Shown here: piece after piece, positions 30,970 through 34,114 of the stretch
How the letters are laid out: each line of letters begins with the position of its first letter
Position numbering within the stretch: the stretch's first letter is position 1
Assembly (NCBI GenBank): GCA_963558405.1
Contig: CAUWGC010000018.1
Location: 1 to 34,114, forward strand
DNA length: 34,114 nt
Direction: 5' to 3'
Origin: an uncultured Clostridia bacterium
GTDB lineage: Bacteria; Bacillota; Clostridia; TANB77; CAG-508
Made by a program: the position numbers and the translations under genes
The notes under the pieces: model-generated
Databases searched by the model: none
Told to the model about the DNA's origin: nothing
What the model saw: only the letters and a program-made list of their open reading frames with translations

Positions 30970-31524
30970 TTATTTTGTATGTACTCCGTGAGTTGGTGTT
31001 ACAGTAACTTCATTTGTTGCTTGTTCATATGTAAAGTTTATTTTGAACTTAGCTGTTGTTGTTGTTGTTGTTGAGTCTTTTTTCCATTTAATTCCAAATG
31101 TCACTGGGCATGTTCCTCCTGCTGCTATAACTTCTAAACCATCTGTTGCAATAGTTGGTGTTGTAATTTCAATTTCAGAATTTGAAAATTCTTTTCCTTG
31201 ATCATCAGTTAATGTGAATCCTGTTAATTTAGCAGGTACAGTACCAGCGTTTTTAATATTTGCAGTTACTGTACAACCATCCCCTGGGTAACCTAATGTT
31301 ACATCAACTGATAATGTATCATTTTTGTTACCTGTAACATTAGCAGTACCATGTGATGATGTATCAACACTTGCTGATAAGAATTTAACATCCCATGTTC
31401 CTGATGCAGTTGCTGTTCCAGAAATTGTTATGTTTGCAGAAAATGCTGCATATCCAACAGCTATTGCTAATAATATTACTATTAAAGCTACCAACAAAAA
31501 GTTTCTTTTTTGCTTTTTCATCAA
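30970..31524 (-). CDS. TasA/CalY-like secreted protein with SipW-type signal peptide
   Basis: LLAIAVGYAAFS signal, PGD….I.N.GT.PA motif, Thr/Gly-rich. First gene of the sipW operon. Confidence 0.72.
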   Translation of the reverse strand: MMKKQKRNFLLVALIVILLAIAVGYAAFSANITISGTATASGTWDVKFLSASVDTSSHGTANVTGNKNDTLSVDVTLGYPGDGCTVTANIKNAGTVPAKLTGFTLTDDQGKEFSNSEIEITTPTIATDGLEVIAAGGTCPVTFGIKWKKDSTTTTTTAKFKINFTYEQATNEVTVTPTHGVHTK

Positions 31525-31719
31525 AAAATCCCTCCTAATATTAAAATCATTTATATTATAACATATTTATATGTATATTACTTTACAATAGCATTACATT
31601 TTCTTTGCATTTGTATTACATTGTTTTAAACTTGTAACAAAATTAAAATATTCCTGTAATGGTTTTTACTGCTATTTTGTGTTATTATGTTATTAAATAT
31701 ATTTGAAAGGAGTTTCTTA

Positions 31720-32145
31720 ATGTTAGAAAATATAGAAAAGCAAGATAATAAAATCTTATTAATTTCTGAAAAAGAACAGCAAGTATTTTTACCATATACA
31801 TTAAAGGAATTAGAAGATTATTTAGAGCAATTTCCTGATGCCTATTCATCAACTGATGATGTTATAAAAAAAGAATTTGTTTTACCTTTAGCTTATTATA
31901 TCTCTCATCCTGCTTTTTCAAGATTCAGAGAAGCATATTCTTTAAGTAGAGATAGAGAAGCAAAACCATTTTTAGAAAGTTTAAGATACGGAATTGACAT
32001 GATGTTTTATGACAAATTAAATCCCGCTATAATTGCTGCTTGTAAATCCCAAGAACAATTATCTAATTATATTGATTGCTTAGAAAATGACAAATTAAAT
32101 GACTTTACTGATTTTGAGATAAGATTTGAAGTAAACCCATTATAA
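31720..32145 (+). CDS. Hypothetical protein
   Basis: RBS GAAAGGAG before ATG31720. Terminator hairpin at 32145-32180. Confidence 0.75.
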   Translation: MLENIEKQDNKILLISEKEQQVFLPYTLKELEDYLEQFPDAYSSTDDVIKKEFVLPLAYYISHPAFSRFREAYSLSRDREAKPFLESLRYGIDMMFYDKLNPAIIAACKSQEQLSNYIDCLENDKLNDFTDFEIRFEVNPL

Positions 32146-32166
32146 AAAACACAAAACAACTAAAAG

Positions 32167-32528
32167 TTATTTTGTGTTTTTAATTAATTTATCTAGTAAT
32201 TCTGTATATGTAATTCTAACAGCTTCAAACAACTTAGGATACATACTTATTTTTGTAAAACCTGGCATTGTATTAGATTCTTCTGCTGATAATATTTCAC
32301 CAACAGTTGATACTTTAATCTCTTTTTCATCTAAAATTGCACATTCTAATTCTCTAGCATTAACACCTTGTTCAACTAAAATTTTGCTATCATATTGTCC
32401 TGCATTTTCTATTGCCATTTTTAATTCTTCTTTATTAGTTGCCTTTTTTACCCCTACAGAAGATCCAGAATTTGATGGTTTAACAAACATTGGAAATTTT
32501 AATTTTTCTGCTATTTTTTCTATATTAA
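32167..32528 (-). pseudogene. ddl: D-Ala-D-Ala ligase fragment with an internal deletion
   Basis: FPMFVKPSNSGSSVGV…ARELECA…GEILSAEE joined directly to NTMPGFT.ISMYPKL. N-terminus and the FY.Y.AKY…RVDF segment are missing. Confidence 0.85.
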
Positions 32529-32530
32529 AT

Positions 32531-32614
32531 AAAAGTTTTATCTACTTCAAGTTCCTCTCCGTATTTCTTTACATCAAACTTTTCTGTATCTTCTACAATT
32601 GTTATTGCATGTGG
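32531..32614 (-). pseudogene. Short internal fragment resembling diaminopimelate epimerase DapF
   Basis: PHAITIVEDTEKFDVKKYGEELEVDKTF resembles the (GN)PH…G..IE…FP segment of DapF. Confidence 0.55.
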
Positions 32615-32649
32615 AATATGAAAAGTGATATCATAGGGGGGTTACTATT

Positions 32650-33530
32650 ATCAAAGTTTTGTGCAAAAAGGAATAGGAGTAAAATATAAAACCATGCAAA
32701 ATGGTCCTCCCTCCAAAATCTCGCTATTCTTTTAGCGAAGCCTATTTCAGCCTATTATTACAACATTATAAAAAGCTCTTAAAATTGATTCTGGAGCTTC
32801 ATTTTTTTTATATTATTCCTGGTTTGATTTTTTTTCATTATTGTAACTACATTTAAAAAAAATTTTATATAACTTTAGATTATTTTATCAAAATTTCCTA
32901 AAACCTTAATTTTAAGTATTTTGCTTGATTTTTTAGACAACAAGTTATATTACCTTTTAATAAAAACGGCTTAAAATCGATTCTCGTGCGTCACTTTTTT
33001 AGCCATTTTTCAGCATTTTTAATAGATGCCTAAAAATCAGCATTTATACTTAATTTTATATATAAAGACTAGTTTTTTAAACTTACACATCTAATTTAAA
33101 ATATATAATAACTTGTTAGATAAAATATTAAAATGTCTTAAAATCGATTTTAATGCGTCTATAATATGAAATTATATTATTGATTAGTAATCTAAATTTA
33201 TATAATTATTATACACAATGATTTTATAAATTTATAATAAAAAATTTATTTAAAAACATTTTAGACAAATGTTCGTTTTAAAAAATTTATATTTAAAATT
33301 AACTTTGCACAAAATTTTAAAAATTTAATTGTTTAAAATCTAATTATAAAAAATTTTTGTAATTTTAAATTTAAAATTTTATTTTTTACTTTTAATATTT
33401 TTATTTTAATTCATTTTAAAATGATTAAAAAAATATCTTTAAATTTTATTTTCATTTTAAAAAGTTATTTTAAAATTTCTATTTTATTTAATTCGCTCTA
33501 AAATAGCCTATTCCCCTATTCCCTACTTAT
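32650..33530. repeat. Structured non-coding element, copy 3
   Basis: Same core start. Three CTTAAAAT(C/T)GATT units, ACAAATGTTCG, AACTTTGCACAAAATTTT (33301) and a GCCTATTCCCCTA block in the same order as copy 1. Confidence 0.8.
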
Positions 33531-33553
33531 TTTGATACATATATTAAAAATAT

Positions 33554-33880
33554 CTATATGACCTTTAAGTTCTTGTTTGGCTGAATTTGACCAAAATTTT
33601 TACTTAATAATTTGCCTAAACTACTCAAATTATCAAGATTATTGGCTTTTGAATCTACTTGTTCAGCTTGTGTTGCTAATACTTGCTCATAAGTATATTT
33701 CAACATTGCTATCTTTTCTTGTCTTAATTCATCTGTTGCATCACTACCATTAAGCATATATTCAAGATTATAGCCATATAATTCTAAAGCTCTCAAAATT
33801 ATTTCAACTTGTCCATCTAATAAATTCAATTCAACAGAATGAATATTGTTTGTATCAAATTTCTTTTCATAATCTATCAT
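33554..33880 (-). CDS. Hypothetical helical protein, 108 aa, downstream of the recombinase
   Basis: RBS AAAGGAG. Begins 25 nt after the recombinase stop codon. Confidence 0.75.
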   Translation of the reverse strand: MIDYEKKFDTNNIHSVELNLLDGQVEIILRALELYGYNLEYMLNGSDATDELRQEKIAMLKYTYEQVLATQAEQVDSKANNLDNLSSLGKLLSKNFGQIQPNKNLKVI

Positions 33881-33905
33881 TATATATCAGCTCCTTTACT
33901 ATAAA

Positions 33906-34112
33906 TTAAGCACAAAATGCCTCTGCATTTGCCATTTTAAATTGTGATAAAGGATGATCTAACATTGCATCCATAACTTCCTGGTCATGCAAGTGTGTAT
34001 ATATTTCTGTAGTATCAATTTGAACATGTCCTAATATTTCTTGAATTGTTCTAATATCTACAATGTAGGCAGATTTTCTCTCTACACCTTCTGGTTTCTT
34101 TGGTCTAGCAAA
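33906..34112 (-). pseudogene. Tyrosine recombinase (XerC/D-like) C-terminal fragment, apparently fused to unrelated sequence
   Basis: VDIRTIQEILGHVQIDTTEIYTH carries the catalytic His and Tyr. The expected HxLRH box just upstream is replaced by FARPKKPEGVERKSAYI. Runs off the window edge. Confidence 0.8.
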
Positions 34113-34114
34113 TG

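Noticed and set aside
31055-31073. (GTT)n microsatellite as a phase-variation tract
   Set aside because: It is a triplet repeat encoding a Thr run, so length change would not shift the frame.
24790-33155. CRISPR array
   Set aside because: Repeats are degenerate and 155-190 nt apart with homologous intervening DNA. No cas genes in the window.

Overview
Very AT-rich Bacillota (Clostridia-like, spore-former) chromosome segment. Positions 1-24060 are core genome: rpmF, a dCMP-deaminase-family gene, two tandem GT-C-like membrane proteins, der-plsY-gpsA, dtd, RNase P RNA, an RluA-family gene, tRNA-Leu(GAG), trmB, secA, a DAACS symporter, prfB (classic +1 frameshift), aspartokinase, yabP-yabQ-divIC and rho. 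Two conserved genes (the deaminase and secA) are broken in the same way: one extra C before a conserved Gly GGA codon gives an in-frame CGG-A. This suggests systematic +1 or quadruplet decoding at CGG, but a sequencing artefact is not excluded. Positions 24060-34114 are an accessory island. It holds two tandem, separately promoted small RNAs with a shared covarying three-way-junction fold. It also holds three copies of a 0.5-1 kb structured non-coding element that begins at an 11-6-11 tyrosine-recombinase-like core site. Other contents are a CptIN-like type III toxin-antitoxin locus with a dead toxin, chains of stitched gene fragments (ABC, GNAT, NUDIX, dapF, ddl), a SipW/TasA-like operon and a truncated tyrosine recombinase. 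All calls come from reading the sequence by eye; no searches were run.
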